DNA of 64,000 nt from Leptolyngbyaceae cyanobacterium (GTDB lineage Bacteria; Cyanobacteriota; Cyanobacteriia; Phormidesmidales; Phormidesmidaceae). The position numbers and the translations under genes are program-made. The notes under the pieces were generated by a model. That model did no database searches. It was not told the origin of the DNA and saw nothing but the letters and a program-made list of their open reading frames with translations. The stretch is taken from assembly GCA_965263355.1 (NCBI GenBank), contig CBDHHL010000056.1:1856001-1920000 (forward strand). Reading direction: 5' to 3'. Positions 9,887 to 20,616 of the stretch are shown here, one piece after another. The stretch's first letter is position 1, and each line of letters begins with the position of its first letter.

Positions 9887-10483
9887 TTACTGATTCAGTG
9901 CTGACCGCCCCTGTCGTCCCAGTCTTACAAACACAAAATAACTAAGAGTGAGCACATAGATGACTAACGCTAAAATTGCCCAGAAACCTAAGAAGCCTGG
10001 TGTAAACCCAGCATGAAAAGACTGTCTAAATAATCTTGGAGCCTCTAACCACACCTGGCAGCTCTCGCTAGCAAAGACAACCCTCGAAAAACCACAGCGC
10101 AAAAATGGAAGCTGAAAGAGCAAACCCAAACCACAGTAAAACGTTAGCGCCCAGCGCCAGGCAGTGAATAACAGCTTTAAAGGTGAAAATGGCTGCTCCC
10201 GGATTTCTTCATTAAGATCAGCCCAAAACCATAGAGATATGGGCATTATTACCCGTGCCATCGCAGCCGTTAAAAAGCTGAAAGGTAATCCTGCAATCAT
10301 TAGATATAAAGTAATTACCAACAGACTGGACACCTTCCAGTAGATCACCAGCTGCTGCTGTAATATCTCAGCTCGAGCCACCAAGCCCCAAACCAAAATC
10401 ACTAAGGGCAATAGAACTGTAAACACCACGGCCAAGCGGTAATCCGTCCAAACCAATGACTGTAGTAATTCAGAACTCGGCAT
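9887..10483 (-). CDS. DUF3177-family membrane protein
   Basis: LVWTDYRLAV, IYWKVSSLL, SLWFWADLNEE, C-terminal RQGRSA; several TM helices. Confidence 0.8.
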   Translation of the reverse strand: MPSSELLQSLVWTDYRLAVVFTVLLPLVILVWGLVARAEILQQQLVIYWKVSSLLVITLYLMIAGLPFSFLTAAMARVIMPISLWFWADLNEEIREQPFSPLKLLFTAWRWALTFYCGLGLLFQLPFLRCGFSRVVFASESCQVWLEAPRLFRQSFHAGFTPGFLGFWAILALVIYVLTLSYFVFVRLGRQGRSALNQ

Positions 10484-10575
10484 AAAAAAGAATTATGGCG
10501 CTTCATTAAAACGCTCTCTAGATTAACATCACAGGTCGCAAGATAGAGAGCACCCGCCCTAATATCCATCTAAGG

Positions 10576-10618
10576 TATTGGGGCCGAGTTCCTTTACATA
10601 AGCAACTCGGCCCCAATA
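10576..10618 (-). terminator. Hairpin downstream of CP12 (probable terminator/stabiliser)
   Basis: TATTGGGGCCGAGTT ... AACTCGGCCCCAATA, 15-bp perfect arms. Confidence 0.65.
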
Positions 10619-10686
10619 TACCCAATGTGATTAATACTTTCGGCTTCACAATGTGAAATCAGTCTGAAAATGCCTAAATCAGAAGG

Positions 10687-10911
10687 TTAGTCCTCATAAA
10701 TACGGCACTCGTCTGCCTCAGGATTTTCATCACAGTACGTTTCAAAGTTGGTCTTGGGCTTAGCAGATTCGCGCTGATGTGACGCCTCAGCTTGAAGCTC
10801 TTCAACAGCATCCCAAGCCGCAGCACAATTTTCAGAGTCGCTGCCATCAGTACTGCAGACATCGCGAGCTGCTTTAATTTCTTTAGAGATTGTTTCTTGA
10901 ATATCGCTCAT
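10687..10911 (-). CDS. cp12: Calvin-cycle regulator CP12 (canonical, both Cys pairs)
   Basis: AAAWDAVEELQA core; N-terminal C..C pair; C-terminal YCDENPEADECRIYED. Confidence 0.95.
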   Translation of the reverse strand: MSDIQETISKEIKAARDVCSTDGSDSENCAAAWDAVEELQAEASHQRESAKPKTNFETYCDENPEADECRIYED

Positions 10912-11350
10912 AGCTTTAGTTATCTACCTTGATTTTCAACAAAGTATTGAACTTGATAGGACGCTAACAGCTAAACTTAGTGGCCTGCTTAGAGTTTCCA
11001 CCAAAACTAACTTAGCGCTGGAGAGGTTTACATCTCTATGGTAGCCCCGGTTCTTTAAAACTCGTTGTATCTAAAGAAGCATTTTGTAATTGCTAGACCT
11101 GCTCCGCAGTCAAGGTATGCTTGAAAGTCATGTCATGTACAAATGATTATCCTTAATAAGTAACGGTAACGCCCTGTTTGATGAAATGCTGACTTTAGCA
11201 TAGACATATCGCTTGAAGTGTTTGCCAATTTCTAAACCATGTGTCAGTAGCTACCGGGTATTTCGTCTACGCCAGAATGCTTGGGGCTAGACTGTTAGTA
11301 TTTGATTGACCTTCAGAGTATTGAGTTTGCTATCATCGCCACAAAACGCT

Positions 11351-12592
11351 ATGAAATGGGCCAGTGCCGTCTCTACCCATCCTTCACTAGAGTTAGCACT
11401 ACGGGAGGTGATTGAGCGGGTTTTAACCCAGCTAGAAGCGGCACCTAATTTAGCAATTATTTTTATTTCGTCTGCTTTTGCCAGTGAATATTCCCGTGTT
11501 TTGCCTCTGCTTAAGGGCCCTTTGGGGGGAGCCCATATTATTGGTTGTAGTGGCAGCGGCGTCATTGGTCGAACCGCTGTAGGACATCTAATTGAGGTTG
11601 AAGAGACTGCAGGTATTAGTCTAACGGTGGCCTCCCTGCCTGATGTCTACATTCAGGGATTTCATTTGTCTATTGACGAACTGCCTGATTTAGATAGTCC
11701 CCCCAGCGAATGGACTAAAATTATCGGGGTATCACCGGCTGACAAACCTCATTTTCTTTTGATGGCAGATCCATTTGCCTCTGGTATGAACGACCTTTTG
11801 CAGGGCTTGGATTTTGCCTATCCGGAGTCAGTTAAAGTGGGTGGTCTAGCAGGTATCGAAAGCATTAGCCGCAGTTGCGGTCTATTTTGTGGGCAACAGC
11901 TCTACCGACAGGGAGTGATCGGTATTGCCCTATCTGGCAATATTATTATTGATACGATCGTAGCTCAGGGATGCCGACCCATAGGTCCTACATTTCGAGT
12001 GGTTGAAGGGGACCGCAATGTAGTGACTAAAGTAGCAGCTCAAGCCTCTCAGAATGAAGCCGATGCTCAGACACCCTTGGAAGCACTACAAGCACTTTTC
12101 CAAGATTTAGATGAAACTGATCGCCAGCTGGCTCAAGAATCATTATTTATTGGCTTAGCCCAAAGTAGTTTCAAGCAGGCACTGGGCCAAGGAGATTTTC
12201 TAATTCGTAACCTGGTAGGCGTAGATCCTAAGATAGGTGCTATTGCCATTGCCGATCGAATTCGCCCTGGTCAACGGATTCAGTTTCATCTACGAGATGC
12301 CCAAACGGCAAAGGAAGAGCTGAGAGCACTGCTAGAAACCTATCGCCTAAATAATCAAGAGCAATTGGCTCCTGCCGGGGCATTGCTATTTGCTTGTAGT
12401 GGTCGGGGTAGTAGTTTATTTGATACTCCCAATTGCGACACAGAGCAATTTAGTCAGCAGTTAGGGCCACTACCGCTGGGTGGTTTTTTCTGTAATGGTG
12501 AAATCGGCCCGGTTGGGAAAACGACTTTTTTACATGGATTTACTTCAGTTTTTGGTATTTGCCGGGAGTTAGAGCGCTCAACGCTGGATTAA
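11351..12592 (+). CDS. FIST-domain (FIST-N + FIST-C) sensory protein
   Basis: IIGCSGSG, KVGGLA, VAQGCRPIG, FLIRNLVGVD, FACSGRG, GFFCNGEIGP; ATG 11351 (MKWASA) preferred over TTG 11306. Confidence 0.85.
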   Translation: MKWASAVSTHPSLELALREVIERVLTQLEAAPNLAIIFISSAFASEYSRVLPLLKGPLGGAHIIGCSGSGVIGRTAVGHLIEVEETAGISLTVASLPDVYIQGFHLSIDELPDLDSPPSEWTKIIGVSPADKPHFLLMADPFASGMNDLLQGLDFAYPESVKVGGLAGIESISRSCGLFCGQQLYRQGVIGIALSGNIIIDTIVAQGCRPIGPTFRVVEGDRNVVTKVAAQASQNEADAQTPLEALQALFQDLDETDRQLAQESLFIGLAQSSFKQALGQGDFLIRNLVGVDPKIGAIAIADRIRPGQRIQFHLRDAQTAKEELRALLETYRLNNQEQLAPAGALLFACSGRGSSLFDTPNCDTEQFSQQLGPLPLGGFFCNGEIGPVGKTTFLHGFTSVFGICRELERSTLD

Positions 12593-12628
12593 ACCGGCAG
12601 CTACACGCAAGCGACGGTTGAAAGTGCC

Positions 12629-13189
12629 TTATTTTGTCGAGTTATCAGATAAATCCCTAACAGTTAAAGCCAGTTCGAATAATGTGCCTTGGGGTAGGGC
12701 TTTGATATACTGCCATGCTTCTTGCAACTGCTGACGCCCCGTAGAGGTGCTTAACTGGCTAAGGCTGCCTAGGAGGGCGATTGCGATCGCACAAACCAAT
12801 GTCTGATAAAATTTCTGTGATAGTAGAATCTCCCACGGTTGTGGCAGTGGAGACGGTGTCTGCAAAGGTGGCTGAGCTGGAACGGGTGCAGTGCGAATAG
12901 CCTGACGAAGCATTAGCAATCGCTGATACATTTGCTGAGTATTTGAATCATCCATCAACCACTGAGCAACAAGCTGCCGCTCCTCAGCAGTCACCTCATC
13001 ATCTAAATAAGCGCTTAGCAACTCAAAACGAGCTTCGTCATCATCCACAGCCGCAGATGCCCTAAGCCCAGAAGCCTCAATTAATGAAGCGTCAGAACAA
13101 TCGCTATCGTTATGCTGTGGCAATTCCGCTACAGGCTCACGATCACAAGACGAATTAGGCTTATGAGGTTGAGTGTGATCAAATGACAT
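12629..13189 (-). CDS. Anti-sigma-factor-like protein (zf-HC2-like N-domain, one TM)
   Basis: RFELLSAYLDDEVTAEERQLV..WL motif typical of cyanobacterial anti-sigma proteins, then a hydrophobic segment. Confidence 0.65.
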   Translation of the reverse strand: MSFDHTQPHKPNSSCDREPVAELPQHNDSDCSDASLIEASGLRASAAVDDDEARFELLSAYLDDEVTAEERQLVAQWLMDDSNTQQMYQRLLMLRQAIRTAPVPAQPPLQTPSPLPQPWEILLSQKFYQTLVCAIAIALLGSLSQLSTSTGRQQLQEAWQYIKALPQGTLFELALTVRDLSDNSTK

Positions 13190-13688
13190 AACGTTTGGGC
13201 TCTAATCTACCAGTAACACGGGCATTAAAAGCTTTAGCTTTAAGCGGTCTACTCACAATGTCTGTTTAAGGCTACGCTTCTACCTGCATAGGTCAAGGAG
13301 AGTTAGCTGAAAAACAGACAAGCTAGTGCCTAAAGAAACGCCTAAACCAGTGCACTTTAGATCTCAGACGTTGGGCTTAGCAAAAAGTATCCGGAACGCA
13401 AAGACTTTTTTGATGGATTTTAAATCATATTTACAAGGTAACCGCAGCATCCACCAAAATTTGGCTTGATTGAGCTTTCAGTTTAAAGCAACCTCACGAT
13501 CCCATCAGCATGGATTGATGTAATCAACCGTCAATATGGTCCAAGCGTTACCTTTACCACAGAAACTGTCGATTTTGTGTCGCTTTATACAAGCTATATA
13601 GGAAATCTTGACGAACCTCCCCGACAGAGCAGATAAACGGCGTAGGGGGTAAGGGTATACTAGGTTTTAGCCGTTTGCTTATCAAACC

Positions 13689-14132
13689 ATGCAGCACTTG
13701 GCCAAGGTTTGCCACACAACGTCTGAGGGCGCGCTCGTTTTACAGTTTCTGGCGCGTCAGCTCGAAGACTATCTATGGGAACTGTCGATTGGTGATCAAG
13801 AGATTTTATCTACATTACCTATAACGTTCAACGAAGGCACCCTGGTCTTAGTGGAACTGGATGCATCCAATCAAGTCGTTGAAATCCAAGAAGCAACAGA
13901 TTGGGTCTTAGATCTAGTATCTCAATTTTTAACCCAGGGGGTTACCCCTCAATTTTTTCATCAGGAAGTTGAAAGAGCTGAGCAATGGCGTCAGTCCCTA
14001 ACGCTCCAGAGTCAAGAAATTCGGCGTCGTGCCCTTGAAACCGCTGCTCGACGTGATGAAATTCAGGCGTTAGAAAAAAAACTACGACTAGAGCAAGAAG
14101 AGCTTGAACGGCAGAACGAGACTCATTCCTAA
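13689..14132 (+). CDS. Hypothetical coiled-coil protein
   Basis: 147-aa ORF; MQHLAKV N-terminus and EVERAEQWRQSLTLQSQE coiled-coil. Confidence 0.7.
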   Translation: MQHLAKVCHTTSEGALVLQFLARQLEDYLWELSIGDQEILSTLPITFNEGTLVLVELDASNQVVEIQEATDWVLDLVSQFLTQGVTPQFFHQEVERAEQWRQSLTLQSQEIRRRALETAARRDEIQALEKKLRLEQEELERQNETHS

Positions 14133-14224
14133 GTGCCTGAGAGCATGGATACGAGATAGGTTGGCAACGTCTAAGTTTCCTCAAAAGTTAAGACTTTTCC
14201 TATCTCAGTTATCTGTAATCTACA

Positions 14225-16198
14225 CTATGCCGATTTTTGAGCAGGCAAGAGAGGCTTATTCTCAATCGATTGGGATGGGCTCGTTGTTGCTGGCAAAAAT
14301 ATGGAACGCAGCAGCCTAGCGGCGGCTCTCTGAGCCAAGTTACGAGCTACACGCTGCCCCATTTGGCGCGTTTCAGGTTTTGCTAAGACTTGAGGTACCA
14401 GCCTAGCAACGGCACCACCACTCATGCCCTTTGTTTCTCCTAAGATGCCAACAATGCGGCTGATATGCTCCCAGTCTTTTGACACTTTACCTGATGAAAC
14501 CTCAGGCGGTCTGGCGGGTTCATTGCTAATGGCTGTTTGTATTCGCTGAACTAAGCTATAACCAAATTGATCTAGACTTTTTGCCATTTCATCAGCAATA
14601 TGATCACGAATATAATCACCACGCTCTGAAAATAGATAGTCAATCGTCTGTTGCAAGACCTTTTCCAAATCATAATCTTGACTAGAACGGGCATTTCGTA
14701 GCAAATTTTCCAACCGATTCCAACGAAAATCACCGTCTTTGAAAAGTAACTCCTGAAGGGACTGACGTAGCTCGGGAGAAGGATCGGTTAGCAATCGTTT
14801 TGCCACGTAGGGATAGGCTTTGCTCAATACCTTAAAATCCGGATCAACACTAATGGCAATACCATCTAAGGTTACGAGGGAGCGGATGATTAAAGCATAA
14901 TAAGCTGGTACCCGAAAGGGGTATTCATACATTAGAGAGGAAAACTCATCGGTAATGCTTTTGAGATTGAGTTCTGCGACCGAAGCTCCCAATGCATTAC
15001 TAAAAACCGTTGCCAATGCTGGAATAATTGGGCTTAAGTCTGTCTCAGGAGTGAGAAATTCCAACTTGACATAATCATCCGCTAGACCTTCAAAATCACG
15101 ATTGACCATATGAACAATCGCTTCTATTAGACCATAGCGTTGATAGCTTTCGACGGTGCACATCATACCGAAATCCAGGTAAGCTAGTTTACCGTCATCG
15201 GTCACTAGCAAATTTCCGGGATGGGGATCAGCATGAAAAAACCCATGCTCCAAAAGCTGCCTGAGGGAACATTGCACCCCAATTTCAACAATATCAGTGG
15301 CCTTTAATCCTTTGGCTTGAAGGATGTCTGGTTCGGTCAGTTTGGTGCCATTGATCCACTCCATCGTCAATACTCGGCGAGCGGTCAGTTCAGTGTAGAT
15401 TTTTGGAACAATAATGTTTGGAATATAACCATAAAGGGATTCAAACCGTTGGGCATTTTCACCTTCATGGGTGTAATCCATCTCCTCAAAAATGCGTGTA
15501 CCAAACTCATCCATAATACTGACCAAGTCACTACGCACCACGGTTAAGTTATTGCATGCCCATTGAGCTAAGCGACGTAGAAGATAAATATCGCGAGTAA
15601 TTTGTGCGGTTAGCCCCGGTCGCTGCACCTTAATGGCTACATCCTCACCCGTTTTAAGCTTGCCTTTGTAAACCTGGCCTAAGGAAGCGGCTGCGACAGG
15701 GTTAGGCGAAATCTCTGCATAGATATTGGTGGGAGTTTGTCCCAAATCTGCTTGGATTAAGCGAAATGCAATTTCGTTGGAAAAGGGTGGAATTTGGTCC
15801 TGCAACTTGACTAGTTCTGCCATAAACGCAGGAGGAACTAGGTCGGGTCGTGTTGATAACGCTTGACCAATTTTGATGTAAGCAGGTCCTAGCTCAGTGA
15901 GAACTTCCCTTAGCTGCACAGCACGCTTAGGCTCATTGCTAGCTTGACTGCCAGTTTGCCGGTCCCATAATAACCCCAAGCCAAGCCCGAGGAATTTCCA
16001 TGCCAGCTCTAACAAACGTAGAATAATTTGTAGTGGACGAGAGCGATAGTATTGTGCGATCGCAATCGGGTCATAGGTCAGCAACTCATCCACAGACATG
16101 ACTGGAGATACCGGGCGGTCATTCGATCTGGCAGAGGCTGGCGCAGCATACATAGTTAATATCCTTGCTAAATAAGACATTTCAATAAGTATGGCCAT
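14225..16198 (-). CDS. ABC1/AarF/UbiB-family atypical kinase (true start probably slightly downstream)
   Basis: LGPAYIKIGQ, AAASLGQVY, VAIKVQRP, FFHADPHPGN, YLDFGMM. Confidence 0.92.
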   Translation of the reverse strand: MAILIEMSYLARILTMYAAPASARSNDRPVSPVMSVDELLTYDPIAIAQYYRSRPLQIILRLLELAWKFLGLGLGLLWDRQTGSQASNEPKRAVQLREVLTELGPAYIKIGQALSTRPDLVPPAFMAELVKLQDQIPPFSNEIAFRLIQADLGQTPTNIYAEISPNPVAAASLGQVYKGKLKTGEDVAIKVQRPGLTAQITRDIYLLRRLAQWACNNLTVVRSDLVSIMDEFGTRIFEEMDYTHEGENAQRFESLYGYIPNIIVPKIYTELTARRVLTMEWINGTKLTEPDILQAKGLKATDIVEIGVQCSLRQLLEHGFFHADPHPGNLLVTDDGKLAYLDFGMMCTVESYQRYGLIEAIVHMVNRDFEGLADDYVKLEFLTPETDLSPIIPALATVFSNALGASVAELNLKSITDEFSSLMYEYPFRVPAYYALIIRSLVTLDGIAISVDPDFKVLSKAYPYVAKRLLTDPSPELRQSLQELLFKDGDFRWNRLENLLRNARSSQDYDLEKVLQQTIDYLFSERGDYIRDHIADEMAKSLDQFGYSLVQRIQTAISNEPARPPEVSSGKVSKDWEHISRIVGILGETKGMSGGAVARLVPQVLAKPETRQMGQRVARNLAQRAAARLLRSIFLPATTSPSQSIENKPLLPAQKSA

Positions 16199-16549
16199 AG
16201 AACTTGGGAGCCCTAGCCATAACGTTTGTCAGTAACCAAACTAGGGTCCCAACCATATCCCACCGTATATTAAATATTGTAACAAGCAGATGCTTTTAGA
16301 ACGCCTCTGCTCAGCCAATATTATCCGTAGCAATGTTTCCGCTGAACTTAAACCACGTCCAAGTTGAAACTTTTAGGTTCTTCTACGGAAAAACGACCAT
16401 TCTGAATACGGACAAGGTTTAATTTCCACAGTAAAAAATCCACAGTAAAATTGATTAGCTCACCGTCCGAGTAATGCTGTTATTTGGCTGTCCAACACTG
16501 TGCTTTGGCTTAGTCACATTTGTCTGAAAACGATTACACCCAGGAGGCA

Positions 16550-18271
16550 ATGGCCATGCTAACCTCTCTGAAAATTGACAATTTCACCCTGATTGATCAG
16601 TTAGAGTTATTCCTACAGCCTGGTTTGAATGTTCTCACTGGGGAAACAGGGGCAGGTAAGTCTATCATTCTGGATGCTATCGATACAGTCTTAGGGGGAA
16701 AAGCAAGCGGGCGGTTAGTACGCACAGGCGAAAAAAAAGCCCTGATTGAAGCCACATTCCATACCCCTCCCCAAGTTGCTGAGTGGCTGACAGCTAATGA
16801 TATACCAATCAATGGTGATGACTTACGCTGTAGTCGAGAGCTAACCACAGGAAGAGGTAGTGTTCGCAGTCGCAGTCGCCTCAATGATGTTGTCGTTAAA
16901 AAGCAACAGCTAGAAGAATTACGTCGTCTACTCGTAGAAATCACAGCCCAGGGACAAACAGTACAACTAGGCTCCCTGGATGCCCAACGCGATTGGTTGG
17001 ACAGCTTTGCTGGTAGTCAACATTTGCAACAGCGGCAGGCTGTGGCCTTGGCATACACTACTGCTGTTGATGCACAGCAAGCTTTAGATCGTAGACGCCG
17101 GGCTGAACAGCAGCGACAGCAACAGTTAGATCTGTTTGAGTACCACGCCCAAGACCTCAGTGGTGCCAACTTAGAAGACCCCAATGAGCTAGACCGATTA
17201 AAACAAGAGCATCAGCGTCTAAGCCATAGTGTGGAATTACAAAAGCAAAGCTATGAGGCTTACCAAATTCTCTATGAAAGTGATGGTAGTTTCGATAGTT
17301 GTTCTGATTTACTAAGCCGAGTAGAACAGCTTTTAAGTTCGATGCAACGCTTTGATGAGCAAATCACCCCCATGCTCGATCTTGTCAACGATGCCCTAGC
17401 TCAAGTGGAAGAAGCCGGTCGTCAAATCAATACTTACGGCGAAAATCTAGAAACAGATCCAGCTCGTCTAGCCGATGTGGAGGCTCGTATGAGTTACCTC
17501 AAACAACTTTGTCGGAAGTATGGTCGTGATCTACCAGAGCTGATTGAGTACTACCAGGAAATACAATTAGCTTTAGATGCTCTCAATGGTGATGGGCAAT
17601 CCATTGAAGCCCTCGAAGCTGCCCATGGTCAGGCCCAAGCTACGCTAGAGGTCGAATGTGCCAAGTTAACAAAACTCCGAAAAAAAGCTGCTAAGCGCTT
17701 GGAATCACAACTTGTTGAGGAACTCAAACCCTTAGCTATGGAACGGGTGAAATTTAAAGCTGATTTGCGAGCAAGTTCCCCCCAGACCCATGGAGCCGAT
17801 GTGGTTGAATTCCTCTTTAGCCCTAATCCTGGTGAACCCTTAAAGCCTCTCACTGAGACCGCTTCGGGCGGAGAAATGAGTCGGTTCCTATTAGCATTTA
17901 AGGCCTGTTTTACCAAGGTGGACCCCATTGGTACCCTCATTTTTGATGAAATTGATGTAGGTGTATCAGGACGCGTTGCCCAGACCATTGCAGAAAAGCT
18001 GTATCAACTGAGTCAGAATCGTCAGGTACTCTGTGTCACCCACCAGCCATTAGTAGCGGCTATGGCCGATGCTCATTTTCACGTCGATAAACAGATTGTC
18101 ACTAATGGCAAAAAAAAGACCGATGAACGTACTGTCGTTAGAGTTACGGGTCTTGATGCCACTGCCCGCCGCGAAGAACTCGCTCAGCTAGCAGGCGGTC
18201 GCTCTCACCAAGAGGGAATTGCTTTTGCTGAATCGCTTTTGGCTCAAGCAGCTACTATTCGTGAACATTAA
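16550..18271 (+). CDS. recN: DNA repair protein RecN
   Basis: LTGETGAGKS Walker A, ASGGEMSR signature, LIFDEIDVGVSG, LCVTHQP; ATG 16550/16556 preferred over TTG 16520. Confidence 0.95.
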   Translation: MAMLTSLKIDNFTLIDQLELFLQPGLNVLTGETGAGKSIILDAIDTVLGGKASGRLVRTGEKKALIEATFHTPPQVAEWLTANDIPINGDDLRCSRELTTGRGSVRSRSRLNDVVVKKQQLEELRRLLVEITAQGQTVQLGSLDAQRDWLDSFAGSQHLQQRQAVALAYTTAVDAQQALDRRRRAEQQRQQQLDLFEYHAQDLSGANLEDPNELDRLKQEHQRLSHSVELQKQSYEAYQILYESDGSFDSCSDLLSRVEQLLSSMQRFDEQITPMLDLVNDALAQVEEAGRQINTYGENLETDPARLADVEARMSYLKQLCRKYGRDLPELIEYYQEIQLALDALNGDGQSIEALEAAHGQAQATLEVECAKLTKLRKKAAKRLESQLVEELKPLAMERVKFKADLRASSPQTHGADVVEFLFSPNPGEPLKPLTETASGGEMSRFLLAFKACFTKVDPIGTLIFDEIDVGVSGRVAQTIAEKLYQLSQNRQVLCVTHQPLVAAMADAHFHVDKQIVTNGKKKTDERTVVRVTGLDATARREELAQLAGGRSHQEGIAFAESLLAQAATIREH

Positions 18272-18553
18272 GCCCGCGAACATTATGATGTAATCAGGCC
18301 TATCTCATATGCCCCTAAAGTGAGACGGCTATAGTTTTTAGCTACAGGGATCAGACATTTTTATAAACTTGCGAACGACCTCGGTCGTTCAAATAAAACT
18401 ATATGACCGTATATCGTGTATTTTTGTACTACATGAAGTGCATTTATTGCAAACGATAGCGAGTATTAGACTATACCTCAAACCCTTATCTACTGATAGA
18501 GTCTCAATTATTAGCAGCCTCTAACCAGTATCAGCCACTATTTATTAAAAATT

Positions 18554-20611
18554 GTGATTAATCGCCATTTAGACCTATGGAACATTTACATAGTTCCCAT
18601 AGCTACTATAAGCTCCCTTAATTTCGGGTTCTTAGCAGTAATATTCTTAAGTCAACAGATTTCTTCAGACCATAGGCAACCAGCAATACGTTCCCAATCA
18701 TCCTGCGATCAGGTGTTGTTCAATGCAGGCTCGACAACGACAGATGTGACGATTGACCTTAATGTTGACAGGAGAGCAGCAACGCTCGTTTCAGCCCACT
18801 TACTCAAGCAAAAACCGCAATATAGTTTAAAGTCCATAGGGTTAATCATTAGCCTTTTGCTATCCAGCCTTTTGATTTGTGTCTTACTACTAATAATGTA
18901 TCGATGGCACAGTAACCACACAAAACTCTTGCAAAATAATGAAGAGCGCTATCAAGATTTAGCAAGTCTGGGAGCTGACCTTTTCTGGGAATTGGATAAA
19001 AACTTAGAAATCTCCTACATATATGGTGATTTCCAAGACTTACAAACTAAAGCTTTTAAGCACAAAACTCTTGACCAAGTCTTATCGTCTATCCCTAATT
19101 TGGAGGCTGATTGGGAAGAACTCAATCAACAATTGATGCAACACCAGCCCATTGAAAACTTCCCCCTCCGATTGCAGACATCCAACACTACGCTCCGTAT
19201 CTTTCACTTAAATGCTCGTCCATTGTTTGACAATAGTAATCAATTTCAGGGCTATCGGGGACTACAGAGAGAAATAACAGAAGCATATAAGCTTACGCAA
19301 ACAGTTGCCTATCAAGCAACTTACGATCCGCTCACAGGCTTAATCAACCGCAATGAATTTGAGACCCGATTACGACAGGCTATTAAGCGAGCACGTGACT
19401 TAAATATTCCATCGGTGCTGATTTACCTGGATTTGGACCAGTTTAAGATTGTTAACGATACCGCTGGTCACTTAGTTGGTGATCAACTGCTGGCAGAGCT
19501 GGCTCAACTATTACGGCAAAACGTTCGTAGTTCTGACAACCTAGGCCGACTGGGGGGAGATGAGTTTGGTCTATTGTTGGAGAACTGTTCATTGGAACAA
19601 GGCCAAAAATTTTCTCAGGCCCTGTTAGATAAAATTAAAGCCTATCAGTTTACCTGGCAAGATCGGCACTTTCAGGTAGGTGTGAGTATCGGATTAGTGC
19701 CAATTTTAGGCAATGCTTCTAATGTTATTGAGTTGCTTAGCCGTGCCGATTTGGCTTGCTATAAGGCCAAAGATCTAGGCCGTGGTCGAGTTTATCTAGC
19801 GGCTCCCAATGATACAGAACTTGATCGACAGCATCTTGAATTATTCTATATTGCGAATATTCCCCAAGCTATTACAGAAGATCGGTTCCATTTAATGGAA
19901 CAACCGATTATCTCACTTTTTGAACATGACTATCATCATGTCGAGATTCTATTGCGGTTGACTGATGAATGTGGCCAGGTCGTGTCTCCAAAATTATTTA
20001 TTCCTATGGCAGAGCGCTATGGCATGATCGGTTTGATTGATCGCTGGGTTGTAAAAACAGTGCTAATCAATTACCACCATTACTATCCTGAGGCCACAAC
20101 AATAGTTGCCATCAATCTCTCAGGCAGTAGCTTAAGCGATGAGAATTTTACTGAGTTTGTCATAGATTTATTGCAACAATCGACAATGCCAGCAGATAAA
20201 TTATGTTTTGAAATTACTGAAACAACTACAATTTCTCAGCTCGATCAAGCTTTAGAGTTTATTACTACTCTAAAAAAACTTGGAGTTAGCTTTGCCTTGG
20301 ATGATTTTGGCAGTGGTGTTTCTTCCTTTGGTTATCTGCGTAGGTTACCCGTTGACTATCTCAAGATTGATGGAGATTTGATTCGCAATATTGACCAGGA
20401 AGAATATATTCGCACAATCGTGGATATGATCAATCAAGTCGCTACCATGATGGGCATGAAAACCATCGCTGAATTTGTTGAAAACGATGCAATTTTGGCA
20501 AAATTACGAGAGTTAAATATAGGCTATGGTCAAGGCTACGCTATTGGAAAACCTAGACCATTGCCTTCTACAGGCATGGACAGTACCCTCATTAGGCAGA
20601 TAAGTCCATAG
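18554..20611 (+). CDS. Membrane-anchored PAS-GGDEF-EAL diguanylate cyclase/phosphodiesterase
   Basis: Two N-terminal hydrophobic segments; PAS-like DLFWELD..GYRG; DPLTGL.NR, RSSD I-site, RLGGDEF; EILLR, FEITET, LDDFGSG, YLKIDG, IAEFVE, GQGY. Confidence 0.9.
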   Translation: MINRHLDLWNIYIVPIATISSLNFGFLAVIFLSQQISSDHRQPAIRSQSSCDQVLFNAGSTTTDVTIDLNVDRRAATLVSAHLLKQKPQYSLKSIGLIISLLLSSLLICVLLLIMYRWHSNHTKLLQNNEERYQDLASLGADLFWELDKNLEISYIYGDFQDLQTKAFKHKTLDQVLSSIPNLEADWEELNQQLMQHQPIENFPLRLQTSNTTLRIFHLNARPLFDNSNQFQGYRGLQREITEAYKLTQTVAYQATYDPLTGLINRNEFETRLRQAIKRARDLNIPSVLIYLDLDQFKIVNDTAGHLVGDQLLAELAQLLRQNVRSSDNLGRLGGDEFGLLLENCSLEQGQKFSQALLDKIKAYQFTWQDRHFQVGVSIGLVPILGNASNVIELLSRADLACYKAKDLGRGRVYLAAPNDTELDRQHLELFYIANIPQAITEDRFHLMEQPIISLFEHDYHHVEILLRLTDECGQVVSPKLFIPMAERYGMIGLIDRWVVKTVLINYHHYYPEATTIVAINLSGSSLSDENFTEFVIDLLQQSTMPADKLCFEITETTTISQLDQALEFITTLKKLGVSFALDDFGSGVSSFGYLRRLPVDYLKIDGDLIRNIDQEEYIRTIVDMINQVATMMGMKTIAEFVENDAILAKLRELNIGYGQGYAIGKPRPLPSTGMDSTLIRQISP

Positions 20612-20616
20612 CTCTA

